From an uncultured delta proteobacterium (GTDB taxonomy: Bacteria; Desulfobacterota; Binatia; Binatales; Binataceae): 64,000 nucleotides of DNA. The notes under the pieces are model-generated. The model searched no databases and was not told the DNA's origin. It saw only the letters and a program-made list of their open reading frames with translations. The stretch covers positions 736,001 through 800,000 of the forward strand of contig CAWJET010000002.1 in NCBI GenBank assembly GCA_963842085.1, in the 5' to 3' direction. How positions within the stretch are numbered: the stretch's first letter is position 1; each line of letters starts with the position of its first letter. Shown piece by piece: positions 11,818 to 23,861 of the stretch. The translations under genes were made by a program, and so were the position numbers.

Positions 11818-13185
11818 TCACTGCGCGCCGACGTACTTCTGGATCGCGGCGCCAATTTCCTGCGCTAACGTTTTGATCTGAACGCCGTCCTCGCCTTCAA
11901 CCATCACGCGCGCGAGCATCTCGGTGCCCGAATATCGCACCAGCAGGCGGCCGCTGCCGGCCAGCCGTTTCTCGGCGTCGGCAATTATTCTTTGAACGTC
12001 GGGCATCTCGGCGAGCGGCACGCGATTTCGCACGCGCACGTTTTCCAGGACCTGCGGCACGCGGCGCATCGCGCGAAGTTCGCTCAGCGTGCGCCCGCTC
12101 TCGGCCAACTGCGCGAGGACCAGCAACGCGCTGATCAGTCCGTCGCCGGTGGTCGAGTAATCCATGAAGATCACGTGCCCCGACTGCTCGCCACCCAGGT
12201 TGTAGGAGTTGAGCCGCATCTCGCGCGCGACCGCGGGGTCGCCGACCTCGGTGCGAATCAGCCGCACGCCCGCGTCGCGCAGCGCCAGCTCGAGTCCGAA
12301 GTTGCTCAGCACGGTTGCGACGACAGCGTTGCCGCGCAGCCGCCCTTCGGCGGCCAGCTTGCGCCCGAGCAGCGCCATCACGTCGTCGCCGTCGAACACT
12401 TCGCCGCGCTCGTCGATCAGCATCACGCGATCGCCGTCGCCGTCGAGCGCGATGCCGACGTCGCAATGCTCGCGCAGAACGGCTTCGCGAATCGCGTCGA
12501 GATGCACCGCGCCGCAATTCAGATTGATGTTCGTGCCGTTGGGATCGACGCCGATCGTAACGACCTCGGCGCCAAGCTCCTCGAGCGCGTCGGGACCGAC
12601 CTTGTAGGCCGCGCCGTTGGCGCAATCGATCGCAACTTTGAGCCCGTCGAATACGACCGAGCGCGGCAGGCACGATTTCAGAAACACCAGGTAACGGCCA
12701 AGCGCGTCGTCGATTCGCGCCGCCTTGCCGATATCGTCCGCGCGCGCGCGATGCCTGGCGATCTCGCTCTCGTCGAACACCAGCGCTTCGATTCGCCGCT
12801 CGGTCTCGTCATCGAGCTTGAAACCCTCGCCCGAAAAAAACTTGATCCCGTTGTCCTGGAAGGGATTGTGCGAGGCTGAGATGACCACGCCCGCGTCCGC
12901 GCGCATGCTGCGGGTCAGAAACGCGATCGCCGGGGTCGGCAGCGGGCCCACCAGCCATACGTCAACGCCCATCGAGCAGATGCCGGATTCGATCGCCGTC
13001 TCGAGCATGTAGCCCGAGAGCCGCGTATCCTTGCCGATCAGAATTCTGCGATGACGTCCGGCCGAATTGCGGAACACATGCGCGAGCGCGCGGCCGAGCT
13101 TCAGCGCGGTCTCGGAGGTAATCGGCTCCTGGTTGGCGACTCCGCGGACGCCGTCAGTGCCGAACAGTTTACGATGGGTGCTCAT
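11818..13185 (-). CDS. glmM: Phosphoglucosamine mutase
   Basis: LFGTDGVRG, VISASHNP, DGDGDR, GGEQSGH, RYSGTE. Confidence 0.96.
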   Translation of the reverse strand: MSTHRKLFGTDGVRGVANQEPITSETALKLGRALAHVFRNSAGRHRRILIGKDTRLSGYMLETAIESGICSMGVDVWLVGPLPTPAIAFLTRSMRADAGVVISASHNPFQDNGIKFFSGEGFKLDDETERRIEALVFDESEIARHRARADDIGKAARIDDALGRYLVFLKSCLPRSVVFDGLKVAIDCANGAAYKVGPDALEELGAEVVTIGVDPNGTNINLNCGAVHLDAIREAVLREHCDVGIALDGDGDRVMLIDERGEVFDGDDVMALLGRKLAAEGRLRGNAVVATVLSNFGLELALRDAGVRLIRTEVGDPAVAREMRLNSYNLGGEQSGHVIFMDYSTTGDGLISALLVLAQLAESGRTLSELRAMRRVPQVLENVRVRNRVPLAEMPDVQRIIADAEKRLAGSGRLLVRYSGTEMLARVMVEGEDGVQIKTLAQEIGAAIQKYVGAQ

Positions 13186-14152
13186 CGGCAGTGGTTGTCA
13201 GCTTTTGGCGATACATCCGCAGTCTAACCTTGTCAGGCGACTGACGCACCAACTGCATGCCGTCGGGCAGCGTCACCTGCAGCGGCAATTCGTGCGAGCC
13301 CGGCGCCATGCCCTTGGCGTCGACGTAGGCCAACCCCTTGGGCTCGAGACTGGCGAGCTTGATGGCGGGCCCGCGAATAGTCAGCGTCGCCTGTTTGGGC
13401 TCGACGCGGTACTTGAAATCGCTGTCCTTGACCTCGACATCCACCGCGCGAAACTCGCGGTCGGTAATCGCCTCGGCGACATTGACCTTCGCCTCGACGT
13501 GACCGGTGGATAGTCCCAGCGACGGATTGGGCGTCACAATATCAACCGAACGGTTGGTATCCGAGGTGAGCCCTTTCAAGTCGAAGGGTTCCGTGCCGAC
13601 CGAGGTGAGTGGTGCGACATAACGGCTGGGCCCGACGATAGTAACGCTGGGCGGCGTGATATCCACCGATGAAATCGTATATCCGGGCGCGACTCTTCCC
13701 TCGACCGCCAGATGCACCGGCACGTCGCGCGTAACCATCCGATCGATATCCAGCGACAATTGGTCCGGCGAGATGCCGGTCACAGTGGTGTTTCGCCCCA
13801 CGTTGAACATCGCCGGATATATCTTGAATTCGGATTGTCCCGCCGCCACGCCGCGCAGATCCAGCTTGAGCGTCAGCCGCTCGGGATCCAGCAGCGAGAG
13901 CAGTGTGCGCGGACCGGTAACCTCGATTTTTACCACTGCCGGCGGATGGTTTACGATCACCATCCCCGGCGGCAGCGAACGATAGCTGATAGGTACTGTG
14001 AGCGACTCGACCGAGCCCCGCTCGCCGGCGTTGACGAATACCCAGAGCCCGATCGCGAGCACCAGGGCGAGTATGCGAAGCCCGATGTTGGCGCCGCGCA
14101 GCCGCCGCGCGCCGCGGCTCGTCAACCGCTTTGTGAGGTCGCCCAGTTTCAT
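13169..14152 (-). CDS. cdaR: CdaR/YbbR-like regulator of diadenylate cyclase
   Basis: N-terminal TM (ILALVLAIGLWVFV) plus repeated YbbR-like domains; lies between cdaA and glmM. Confidence 0.85.
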   Translation of the reverse strand: MKLGDLTKRLTSRGARRLRGANIGLRILALVLAIGLWVFVNAGERGSVESLTVPISYRSLPPGMVIVNHPPAVVKIEVTGPRTLLSLLDPERLTLKLDLRGVAAGQSEFKIYPAMFNVGRNTTVTGISPDQLSLDIDRMVTRDVPVHLAVEGRVAPGYTISSVDITPPSVTIVGPSRYVAPLTSVGTEPFDLKGLTSDTNRSVDIVTPNPSLGLSTGHVEAKVNVAEAITDREFRAVDVEVKDSDFKYRVEPKQATLTIRGPAIKLASLEPKGLAYVDAKGMAPGSHELPLQVTLPDGMQLVRQSPDKVRLRMYRQKLTTTADEHPS

Positions 14153-14188
14153 CGTGCGTCGTCCGGCAGCTCTTTTCCCACCGCGCGC

Positions 14189-14941
14189 CTAACCGGGCAG
14201 CTTCCTTAGTGTGGACAGGACTTCGGCCGGTTCCAGTCCGCGGCTCAGCACGCCGCCGCGCGCAAGAGAAATCTGCCCGCTCTCCTCGGACACGACCAGC
14301 ACCAGCGCGTCGCTGTCCTCGCTCATCCCGATCGCCGCGCGATGACGGGTGCCCAGCGACAGGCTCACGTTGGGGTTTTGCGACAACGGCAACAGGCACG
14401 CCGCGGCGAGGATGCGGTCGCCGTTGATGATCACGGCGCCATCATGCAGCGGGGAACCGTTCATGAAAATCGTCTCGAGCAGTTCGGGCGAGACCTTGCC
14501 ATCAACGACTCTGCCGCTTTCGACGAACTCACCCAGCCCGTCGTCCTGTTCGATCACTATCAGCGCGCCCACTTTACGCGCCGACAGCCACGCCGCCGCG
14601 GTCGCTATTCCCTCCGCCGGCGTGGCCGCTACAGCGCCCCGGCCAAGGAACGATTGCGCGCCGACGCGCGTCAGCGCGCGCCGAATGTCCGCCTGGAAGA
14701 TAACCACCAGGATCACGAACAACGAACCAAGGAAGTTGTTCAGGAGCCAGTTGAGCGTGAACAGTCCGAGCACCTGCGACGCCACGAACGCGCCGCCCAC
14801 GATCACCATCCCCAGCACCATCTGCATCGTGCGCGTGCCGCGAATCAGGAGCGCGATCCGGTAGATCACGTACGCCACGATCACGATGTCGACGACATCC
14901 TGCCACCGCGGCTGCGGTATCATGGGTATGTAGCTATGCAT
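14189..14941 (-). CDS. cdaA: Diadenylate cyclase CdaA
   Basis: Three TM helices, IFQADIRRAL, PLHDGA and LGTRHRAA catalytic motifs, VVSEESG. Confidence 0.93.
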   Translation of the reverse strand: MHSYIPMIPQPRWQDVVDIVIVAYVIYRIALLIRGTRTMQMVLGMVIVGGAFVASQVLGLFTLNWLLNNFLGSLFVILVVIFQADIRRALTRVGAQSFLGRGAVAATPAEGIATAAAWLSARKVGALIVIEQDDGLGEFVESGRVVDGKVSPELLETIFMNGSPLHDGAVIINGDRILAAACLLPLSQNPNVSLSLGTRHRAAIGMSEDSDALVLVVSEESGQISLARGGVLSRGLEPAEVLSTLRKLPG

Positions 14942-15884
14942 TGCGCCTGAACCGCTGATCCCGTCCCGCCAGCGCCGCCGCCATGCGGACAACAGCCGCC
15001 GCCGCGCCGGCGTCGTGCACGCGCACCATCGACGCGCCCGCCGCAATCGCCAGCGCGTTGGCAGCCGCCGTGCCGAATTCCAAATCGCGCTCGTTCGGCA
15101 CCGCGCCGTTGGCGCCCGCGATTCGCGCGACGAAGTTTTTGCGCGACGCTCCTACCAATACGGGATAGCCGAGCGCACAGAGGTCGGGCAAGGCGGCCAG
15201 CAACTTCAAATTATGCTGGGCAGTCTTGGCGAAGCCTAGTCCCGGATCGACGATTATTCGCGCGCGCACCACTCCGGCGCCGGCGGCAAAGCTGGCGCGC
15301 GCCGCCAGGTAGGCGACGACCTCGCGCACCACGTCGCGGTAGCGCGCGAACTCGATATGATTGGCGGGACCGCCGCGCATATGCATCAGCACCACCGCGC
15401 ACCTCGTTCGCGCCGCCAGCGGCGCCATCTCACGGTCGTGCTCGAGGGCAGTGATATCGTTGATCATCGCCGCCCCCGACTCGAGCGCGACGCGCGCAAC
15501 CTCCGCCCGCCGCGTGTCGATCGAGATTGGCGCTCGCAGCCGCTTGCCCAGCCGCGCGAGCACCGGCGCCACTCGGGTGAGCTCGACCTCGACTGGAATT
15601 TCTATTGCACCGGCCGGACGCGACGATTCTCCGCCCACATCGATCACGTCCGCACCCGCCGCTTCCATCGCAAGCGCATGCTCGACGGCGCGCTCCGGGT
15701 CCAGGTATCTCCCGCCGTCGGAGAAGGAGTCGGGCGTCACGTTGAGCACGCCCATCACTGCCGGGAACTTGATTACGCGGCCGTCGGCCAGCTTGAGATT
15801 CGAAGGCGACGATTGAAATTGAACCGCCCGCTTGCGCAGGTCGTTGGAGTTCGATGAGTTGGATTGAATCCGCGAGCGTCGCAT
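14934..15884 (-). CDS. folP: Dihydropteroate synthase
   Basis: MGVLNVTPDSFSDGG, DVGGES, SIDT, DPGLGF, GASRK, RVHD; start uncertain. Confidence 0.95.
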   Translation of the reverse strand: MRRSRIQSNSSNSNDLRKRAVQFQSSPSNLKLADGRVIKFPAVMGVLNVTPDSFSDGGRYLDPERAVEHALAMEAAGADVIDVGGESSRPAGAIEIPVEVELTRVAPVLARLGKRLRAPISIDTRRAEVARVALESGAAMINDITALEHDREMAPLAARTRCAVVLMHMRGGPANHIEFARYRDVVREVVAYLAARASFAAGAGVVRARIIVDPGLGFAKTAQHNLKLLAALPDLCALGYPVLVGASRKNFVARIAGANGAVPNERDLEFGTAAANALAIAAGASMVRVHDAGAAAAVVRMAAALAGRDQRFRRNA

Positions 15885-15983
15885 CGCACCGGCCCCACTT
15901 TCCCCTCGCCCGCGCGGCCACCGGCTCGCGGTTGCGAATCGGATCGGTCGCGGCGCCGCGCTCAGCGAAAACGCGCGCGACGA

Positions 15984-17918
<1,935 letters not shown>

Positions 17919-17968
17919 GCTATTAAAAAAGTATCACGCACGTTGATCAGCACGCAACGTGGCAAGCG

Positions 17969-19381
17969 CTAAACCGCGATTGCAGACGCCTCAACGCGCA
18001 GTATGGCTTCGGTGGCCTTGGTCACCAGCGCGCAGTCCGCCCGCACAAGCCCCGGAAGCCACGCGATCGTGTCGCCAACCGTCACCATCGGAAACCTCTC
18101 GCGCCTCGCCTGCGGGACTTTGCGATCGACCAACACGTCGTGGACCTTCCGCGTGCCGCGCATTCCGAGGGGACGAATCCGGTCCCCTTTCATAAAATTG
18201 CGCGCGACCAGACCCGCGTCCACGATTTTCGCCGCATCGAACATCGCAACGGACAAACTGTCGGGCATCGACGCATCCGCCGCTGCGATCGTCGAGGCCT
18301 CGAACTTGAAACCCGCCGCATCGACGATCGTGATTCCGTCCGCCGCAATCGCCACCGAAAATCCCTCAGGCGATTCCTTTCGCTCGGCCCGCGTATCTAT
18401 CAACCGAAGAAGATCGTTCTCGCGCTCGGCGCGCCAGCCGCCCGGAAGATCGAGCGAGTCGCTGGGACCGCCTTGGAGAACAAGTTGCCGGATCGCCGCG
18501 ACGTGCGCCCGCGAAATTTTGCGCAACGACCCTCTTCGCTCGGCGACAAACAGCCGAATCGCAACCGCCTGCACCGCCCGATTCACCGCGCCGAAGCCCG
18601 ACACGTCGAGCGCGCCGCCGACGACGCGCATCGCGTCCAGTTCGCGCGCGGCGAGCGCCGCAACCAGCTCGTCGAGCGAGCGCATCTCATCCGCCACTGC
18701 CACCAGCCGCGCGCTGAGACCGGGCGCATACTCGCGCTCGAGCATCGGCAGCAGCTCGGCGCGAATCCGGTTGCGCAAGATGTCGCGCGACGCATTCGAC
18801 AAATCGTCCACGAACGAAATCCCGCGCGCGCCAAGGTAGTCGCGAATCTCCGCACGCGAAAGGGTCAGCATCGGCCGAATCAGTTTCCCCGGCCCGCGCT
18901 CGGCCATCGCCGCCATCCCCGCCGCCCCCGCGCCGCGCATCAAACGCATCAGCACAGTCTCAGCCTGATCATCGCGATGGTGGCCCAGGGCAACAAAGTC
19001 CGCTTTGACGCGATGCGCAACGCGCACAAGAAATTCGCGCCGAGCCTCGCGCGCCCGCTCTTCGAGGTTCCCGACGGACCTCGACCCGCCAAGTCCGTCA
19101 GCACGCTCGACGATCAGTTCAACGCCGAGCCGCGCACACATAGCCCTCACGAACTCCTCGTCCCTATCCGACTCATCGCCGCGAATCCGATGGTTCAAAT
19201 GTGCCGCCACGATTCGCAGGCTCATCCGCTCCCCAAGCTCAAGCAGCGCGGATGTGAGCGCGACGGAATCGCCCCCGCCGGATAGTCCAACGACGATCGA
19301 TGCGCCGCGGCGCACTCCCGCCCGCATCAAGGCCGCTTCAATCGCGCCGACGACTCTCTTTTTGCTGTCGCGAACCATCAC
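17969..19381 (-). CDS. tilS: tRNA(Ile)-lysidine synthase
   Basis: GLSGGGDS, HLNHRIRG, GHHRDDQAET, RNRIR; upstream of ftsH. Confidence 0.93.
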   Translation of the reverse strand: MMVRDSKKRVVGAIEAALMRAGVRRGASIVVGLSGGGDSVALTSALLELGERMSLRIVAAHLNHRIRGDESDRDEEFVRAMCARLGVELIVERADGLGGSRSVGNLEERAREARREFLVRVAHRVKADFVALGHHRDDQAETVLMRLMRGAGAAGMAAMAERGPGKLIRPMLTLSRAEIRDYLGARGISFVDDLSNASRDILRNRIRAELLPMLEREYAPGLSARLVAVADEMRSLDELVAALAARELDAMRVVGGALDVSGFGAVNRAVQAVAIRLFVAERRGSLRKISRAHVAAIRQLVLQGGPSDSLDLPGGWRAERENDLLRLIDTRAERKESPEGFSVAIAADGITIVDAAGFKFEASTIAAADASMPDSLSVAMFDAAKIVDAGLVARNFMKGDRIRPLGMRGTRKVHDVLVDRKVPQARRERFPMVTVGDTIAWLPGLVRADCALVTKATEAILRVEASAIAV

Positions 19382-19462
19382 CGACGAGGTTATTCCCGCA
19401 TTAGATCCGCATCAACGCGCCCTTCCACCATTGAACGATTTCCTAACTCGGGTTCCCCCTCC

Positions 19463-19753
19463 TCACCGATCCATCTGATCCAGCAAATGCAGGATCACAC
19501 CGATACCGGGAATATTCACTTCGAGTTCCTCGGCAAGTGTGCGAATCACGCGCGCGCGGCGTAATGCTTCCCGATCGTATAACGCCTCAGCGCGTCCACG
19601 CACTTGCTCGACTCGCGCCGGCGCGATCAGATCCTCGCGCTCCCATGACGCCAGCTCGCGCTCGCTGATTCCGCTTATCGAGCAGAACACGCTCCGGCTC
19701 ATCAGCACTAGCTGGCCGCGAGTTGAGCTTCTCGATACTGTCCGCCGCGCCAT
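19463..19753 (-). CDS. cbpM: Chaperone modulator CbpM (MerR-like HTH)
   Basis: LEVNIPGIGVILHLL motif; directly downstream of a DnaJ-class gene. Confidence 0.75.
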   Translation of the reverse strand: MARRTVSRSSTRGQLVLMSRSVFCSISGISERELASWEREDLIAPARVEQVRGRAEALYDREALRRARVIRTLAEELEVNIPGIGVILHLLDQMDR

Positions 19754-19768
19754 CGCTCTAAGTTCCCA

Positions 19769-20893
19769 TCACTTCGACGCCATCATTTCGGCCCGCGGAT
19801 CGGCCAGCCCGCGGGCTTTCAGGCTGTCGGCCAGCTGCTGCATAAGCGCGCGCTCTTTGGCGTTCAAGTCCGTCGGCGCGAGCACTTTCAGCTCGTAGAG
19901 CAGATCGCCCGCCGGCTCCTTGCCGCGCGCCGGCAGTCCGCGCCCGCGCAGGCGCATCACGCGTCCCGCCTGGCTGCCGGCCGGAATCTTCAGCGACACG
20001 CGCCCGTCAACCGTGGGCGCCGTGATTTCGGCGCCGAGCGCCGCCTCGTAGTCCCACACCGGCAAATTGACGCGCAGGTCGCGGCCCGCAATCGCGAACA
20101 CCGGGTTCGGTTCAATTCTGACGGTCAGGAAGAGATCGCCATTCTGATCGGGACGCGGCGCGCGTCCGCCCTGCCCCTTCAATCGCAACTGCGTGCCGTC
20201 GGTCACGCCCGCCGGGATTGTCACTTCGAGCGTGCGCCGCGCTGGCACCACACCGCCGCCGCCGCAAGTCGGACACGGCTCGGCCGAGCGAATCACGCGC
20301 GCCTTGCCCTGCTTTTCCTCGCGCGCGATCATTCCGCTGCCGCCGCAGGTGGCGCATTCGTCCTCGGCGACGAGATCGAGCCGCCGCTTCGCGCCTTTGA
20401 CCGCATCGACCAGCGGTATTCTGACCTCGGCGTTGAGGTCGGGCGCGCGCGCCGGCTCAGTGCCGAAGTCGAAGCTCGAGAATCCGCGGGGCGCGGCGCC
20501 GCGGCTTCGTCCGAAACCGCGCGCGCCGCCGCCACCGAAGAATTGCGAGAAGAAATCGCTGAAGTCGCCGCCGCCGCCAAATTCCGCGCCGCCGCCCATG
20601 CCGGCGCCCGCGCCGGCCGCCGATTGCTGCCGCGCGTAGCGGCGCATCATTTCTTCCTGCGACACGCCATGCTCCCAGTCGGCGCCGAGTTCGTCGTACT
20701 TTCTGCGCTTTTCGGGGTCGCTGATAACCTGGTAGGCCTCGTTTATCTGCTTGAATTTGACTTCGGCGTCCTTGTTGTTGGGATTGACGTCGGGATGGAA
20801 TTTGCGGGCGAGCTTGCGGTAGGCGCTCTTGATCTCCGCCGCGCTCGCCTTGCGGTCAACGCCGAGCGTTTTGTAGTAATCGCGAAATTCCAT
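19769..20893 (-). CDS. cbpA: DnaJ-class chaperone (CbpA-like)
   Basis: J domain with HPD, G/F region, two CxxCxGxG motifs, DnaJ_C; paired with cbpM. Confidence 0.85.
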   Translation of the reverse strand: MEFRDYYKTLGVDRKASAAEIKSAYRKLARKFHPDVNPNNKDAEVKFKQINEAYQVISDPEKRRKYDELGADWEHGVSQEEMMRRYARQQSAAGAGAGMGGGAEFGGGGDFSDFFSQFFGGGGARGFGRSRGAAPRGFSSFDFGTEPARAPDLNAEVRIPLVDAVKGAKRRLDLVAEDECATCGGSGMIAREEKQGKARVIRSAEPCPTCGGGGVVPARRTLEVTIPAGVTDGTQLRLKGQGGRAPRPDQNGDLFLTVRIEPNPVFAIAGRDLRVNLPVWDYEAALGAEITAPTVDGRVSLKIPAGSQAGRVMRLRGRGLPARGKEPAGDLLYELKVLAPTDLNAKERALMQQLADSLKARGLADPRAEMMASK

Positions 20894-20962
20894 CCAGAAT
20901 ACTCAGTCAGCAGAATTCAAATACCCAGTTACTATACCCACTTGTGATGCTCGAATAGCTAA

Positions 20963-21151
20963 TCAGGTGTCACGCCGCGGCTCCGGCGAATCGGCGCTCG
21001 CCGACGTCTGATTGAGCGCCGCCATCCGCGCCTCCAGCGTGCGCAGCTCCGCGTCAAGCGCCGCCTGGCGGCGCCAGATGAACACCACGTACAGGAAAAT
21101 TACCGCGAAGATTATACTGTAGGCGGCGAACAGATATCCCAAATGTTCCAT
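20963..21151 (-). CDS. ccmD: Heme exporter protein CcmD-like
   Basis: MEHLGYLFAAYSIIFAVIFLYVVFIWRRQ single TM plus coiled coil, after ccmC. Confidence 0.75.
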   Translation of the reverse strand: MEHLGYLFAAYSIIFAVIFLYVVFIWRRQAALDAELRTLEARMAALNQTSASADSPEPRRDT

Positions 21152-21164
21152 CAACTCAATTCCG

Positions 21165-21878
21165 TCACTTGCTATCGGAGGCGGCCGCCGACGCGAACGC
21201 GATCCTGACCGCCAGCGCGCCCATCCGGCTTCGCGTGCGCAACTGCGCGAAGCGCAGCAGCAGGAGCCACGCCCACAGCGCCGTGAAGGCGGCCAGACAC
21301 ACCAGCAGCGTCGCCACCATCCGCGGATCCTCGAGCCCATGTCCGCCCTGCTTGGTAACCAGCACCGCGGGATGAATCGTGCGCCACAGCCGCACCGACG
21401 CGATCACGATCGGCACGTCCAGCGCCGCGACGATTCCGATCACGGCCCCGAAGCGCGCCACCTGCGGCGTGTCGCCGGCGCTGGCGCGCAGCATCAGATA
21501 GCCGCCGTACATCAGCCACAGGATGAAGGTCGTCGTCAGCCGCGAGTCCCACGTCCACCAGGTGCCCCAAATCGGCTTGGCCCAAATCGAACCTGCGACA
21601 ATCATCAGCGTGCAAAAGACCATACCGGTTTCGGCGGCGGCGTAACCCAGGTCGTCCCACAGCTGATCGCCGAGCCACAGGTAGAATATTCCGGCAATCG
21701 CGACCAGCCCGAATGAGGCGAACGCGACCCATGCCAGCGGGACGTGAAAATAAAATATCAACTGCGCTATTCCCTGCTCGGCTTCGGGCGGTACGTAGTC
21801 GAATACCATGAACAACGCCGCCAGCATCAGCGCCAGCGTCGCGTACCCGAGTCCATTGCGAATCGCGGAGTTGTTCAT
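21165..21878 (-). CDS. ccmC: Heme exporter/heme handling protein CcmC
   Basis: IFYFHVP, WAKPIWGTWWTWDSRLT (WWD domain), WRTIHP. Confidence 0.93.
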   Translation of the reverse strand: MNNSAIRNGLGYATLALMLAALFMVFDYVPPEAEQGIAQLIFYFHVPLAWVAFASFGLVAIAGIFYLWLGDQLWDDLGYAAAETGMVFCTLMIVAGSIWAKPIWGTWWTWDSRLTTTFILWLMYGGYLMLRASAGDTPQVARFGAVIGIVAALDVPIVIASVRLWRTIHPAVLVTKQGGHGLEDPRMVATLLVCLAAFTALWAWLLLLRFAQLRTRSRMGALAVRIAFASAAASDSK

Positions 21879-21926
21879 GCAGCCCGAAACGACCCGTCTG
21901 CCTTATAGTCAGTAGTCACCTAATAG

Positions 21927-22598
21927 TCAGTCCTCACCTGCCACATGCTCGAATAGCAGATAACCGGCGGTGACAAACAGCACGTCGAACGCGATCATGA
22001 TCTTCAGCCAGTCGCCCATCGCGCCAAGCGGCGCGCCCGCCAGCGCCGCGGCGCTCGCCTTGACGCCCGCAATCAGGGCCGGCACGAAAATCGGCACGGC
22101 GAGAATCGGCAATAGCATATCGCCGCCGCGCGTGCGCCCGGTGATTGCCGAGAGCAGCGTCGCGAGCGCGGAGAATCCGATCGCGCCCAGCGCCAGGATT
22201 GGCGCCAGCCGCGCGATCGACGCGTCGAATTCGAGATTAAAGAACAGCACCATCAGGATGACCGCGCCAATCTCGGCCACCGCCATGAAGATCAAAGCGG
22301 CGGCAAGCTTGGCGACGAAGAGCGTTCCGGGATCGAGCGGGCTCAGCAGCAATCCGCGGATGGCGCCGTTGTCGCGCTCGGCGAGCAGCGCGCGATTCGC
22401 CCCGAGCATCCCCGCGAACACCATCGCGACCCACAGCGCGCCCGCCGCCGTGTCGACGCTGCGCACGCGTGCCGCGTCGAGCGCGAACACCAGCACCACC
22501 AGCACCAGCATCGACAGCGCGAGCAGCGCGAGCGTGCTCTCGCCGCTGCGCAGTTCGAGGCGTAGGTCTTTGCGCAGCACGGCGGCAAAGCCAGACAC
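21927..22598 (-). CDS. ccmB: Heme exporter permease CcmB
   Basis: KDLRLELRS, ERDNGAIRGLLLSP, LLPILAVP; GTG start at 22598. Confidence 0.9.
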   Translation of the reverse strand: MSGFAAVLRKDLRLELRSGESTLALLALSMLVLVVLVFALDAARVRSVDTAAGALWVAMVFAGMLGANRALLAERDNGAIRGLLLSPLDPGTLFVAKLAAALIFMAVAEIGAVILMVLFFNLEFDASIARLAPILALGAIGFSALATLLSAITGRTRGGDMLLPILAVPIFVPALIAGVKASAAALAGAPLGAMGDWLKIMIAFDVLFVTAGYLLFEHVAGED

Positions 22599-22602
22599 TG
22601 TG

Positions 22603-23304
22603 CTACCTGCCCAGCAGCGAGCGGATTCGCCCGCCGCGCCGGACCTCCTCCTTAGGCACCTGCGGCGCCAGCAGGCCGCGGGCGATTTCGAACACTGCGA
22701 ACTCGACCCCGTCGATCTCGGGGACTGCGTGCGCCGTCGCAATCACGGAGGCGCCGCGCTCGACCGCGCCGCGAATCAGCCCCGCGACGATTTCGGCGCC
22801 GTCATGGTCGAGCGACGCGAACGGCTCGTCGAGCAGGAGCAGCGCCGGCTCGGCGAGCATCGCGCGCGCCGCCGACAGGCGCTGCTCCATCCCGCGCGAG
22901 AACGTACGCACGCGGGCGTCGGCAACGTCGGCCAGTCCGACCCGGCCGAGCCATTGCTCGGCGGAAGCGTGCTGGTCGGCAAGCGAATACAGCTCGGCGA
23001 AGAATTCGAGATTCTCGCGCGCGGTCAGGTTCGGGTAGAGGAAACTCTGATGCGCCATCATGCCGATACGGCGCCGGTAGCGCGCCGCGAGCCGGCGCGT
23101 GTCCTGCCCGAAGACCAGAGCGTAGCCACCGCTCGGTGCTTCGAGTCCGGCAAGGATTCGCAGCAAAGTTGATTTTCCGGCGCCGTTGCCGCCGACCACA
23201 AACGCGCCCGCACCCGGCAGCAGCCGCAACTGCACCTCGCGCAGCACGGGCGCCAGGCCGTAAGTCTTTGCCAGGCTGTGAGTCTCGACGACCGGCGCCG
23301 CCAT
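22603..23304 (-). CDS. ccmA: Heme exporter ATPase CcmA
   Basis: GGNGAGKST, FSRGMEQR, LLLDEP; within ccm cluster. Confidence 0.9.
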   Translation of the reverse strand: MAAPVVETHSLAKTYGLAPVLREVQLRLLPGAGAFVVGGNGAGKSTLLRILAGLEAPSGGYALVFGQDTRRLAARYRRRIGMMAHQSFLYPNLTARENLEFFAELYSLADQHASAEQWLGRVGLADVADARVRTFSRGMEQRLSAARAMLAEPALLLLDEPFASLDHDGAEIVAGLIRGAVERGASVIATAHAVPEIDGVEFAVFEIARGLLAPQVPKEEVRRGGRIRSLLGR

Positions 23305-23858
23305 CACTCGGACCAGGCGGTCGCGCCGCCCATCGGTTTGATCGCGATGCCGCATTGCGCGCAGAACTTCGAGTCGAGCGCGGCGCGGGTCCCGCATTGG
23401 GGGCAGAAGCGAAGCTTGCCCGGCGACGACGGCGGCGGCGATGGTTGCGGCGGGCGCGGCGGTTCGGTGTGCAGGACCAGCGTCGGTACCGCGTCGCGGC
23501 GCGGCGCCGGTGCGGGCCGGCGCAGCGCATTCGTCAGCGGCGTGACGGACGGCTTCTTCGCGGCCGCGGTCTTTTCGCTCTGCATGCGGATCTTCTCGAC
23601 CGCGGCCATCGCGGTCAGCGCTCGGTCCTCGAGCACCTTGTGCAGAGATTCGTAGTCCGCCTCGGACAGCTTGCCCATCTCGCGATCGAACTCGAGTTCG
23701 CGAAGACCCTGCACCGCCAGCGCGTGTTCATGCTCGTGGCGTTCGACTTGAAGCTCACCGGCCGACTTGGCGCGCGCTCCGAGCAGCCCGACGCCGAGCG
23801 GCGCGGCCACGAACAGCGCGACTCCGGCGACAATCAGAGCGGCGGCAATAATGAACAC
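23304..23858 (-). CDS. CcmI-N-like membrane-anchored protein with C-terminal zinc ribbon
   Basis: N-terminal TM, LRELEFDREMGKLSEADY, FCPQCG...FCAQCG. Confidence 0.7.
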   Translation of the reverse strand: MFIIAAALIVAGVALFVAAPLGVGLLGARAKSAGELQVERHEHEHALAVQGLRELEFDREMGKLSEADYESLHKVLEDRALTAMAAVEKIRMQSEKTAAAKKPSVTPLTNALRRPAPAPRRDAVPTLVLHTEPPRPPQPSPPPSSPGKLRFCPQCGTRAALDSKFCAQCGIAIKPMGGATAWSE

Positions 23859-23861
23859 CGC

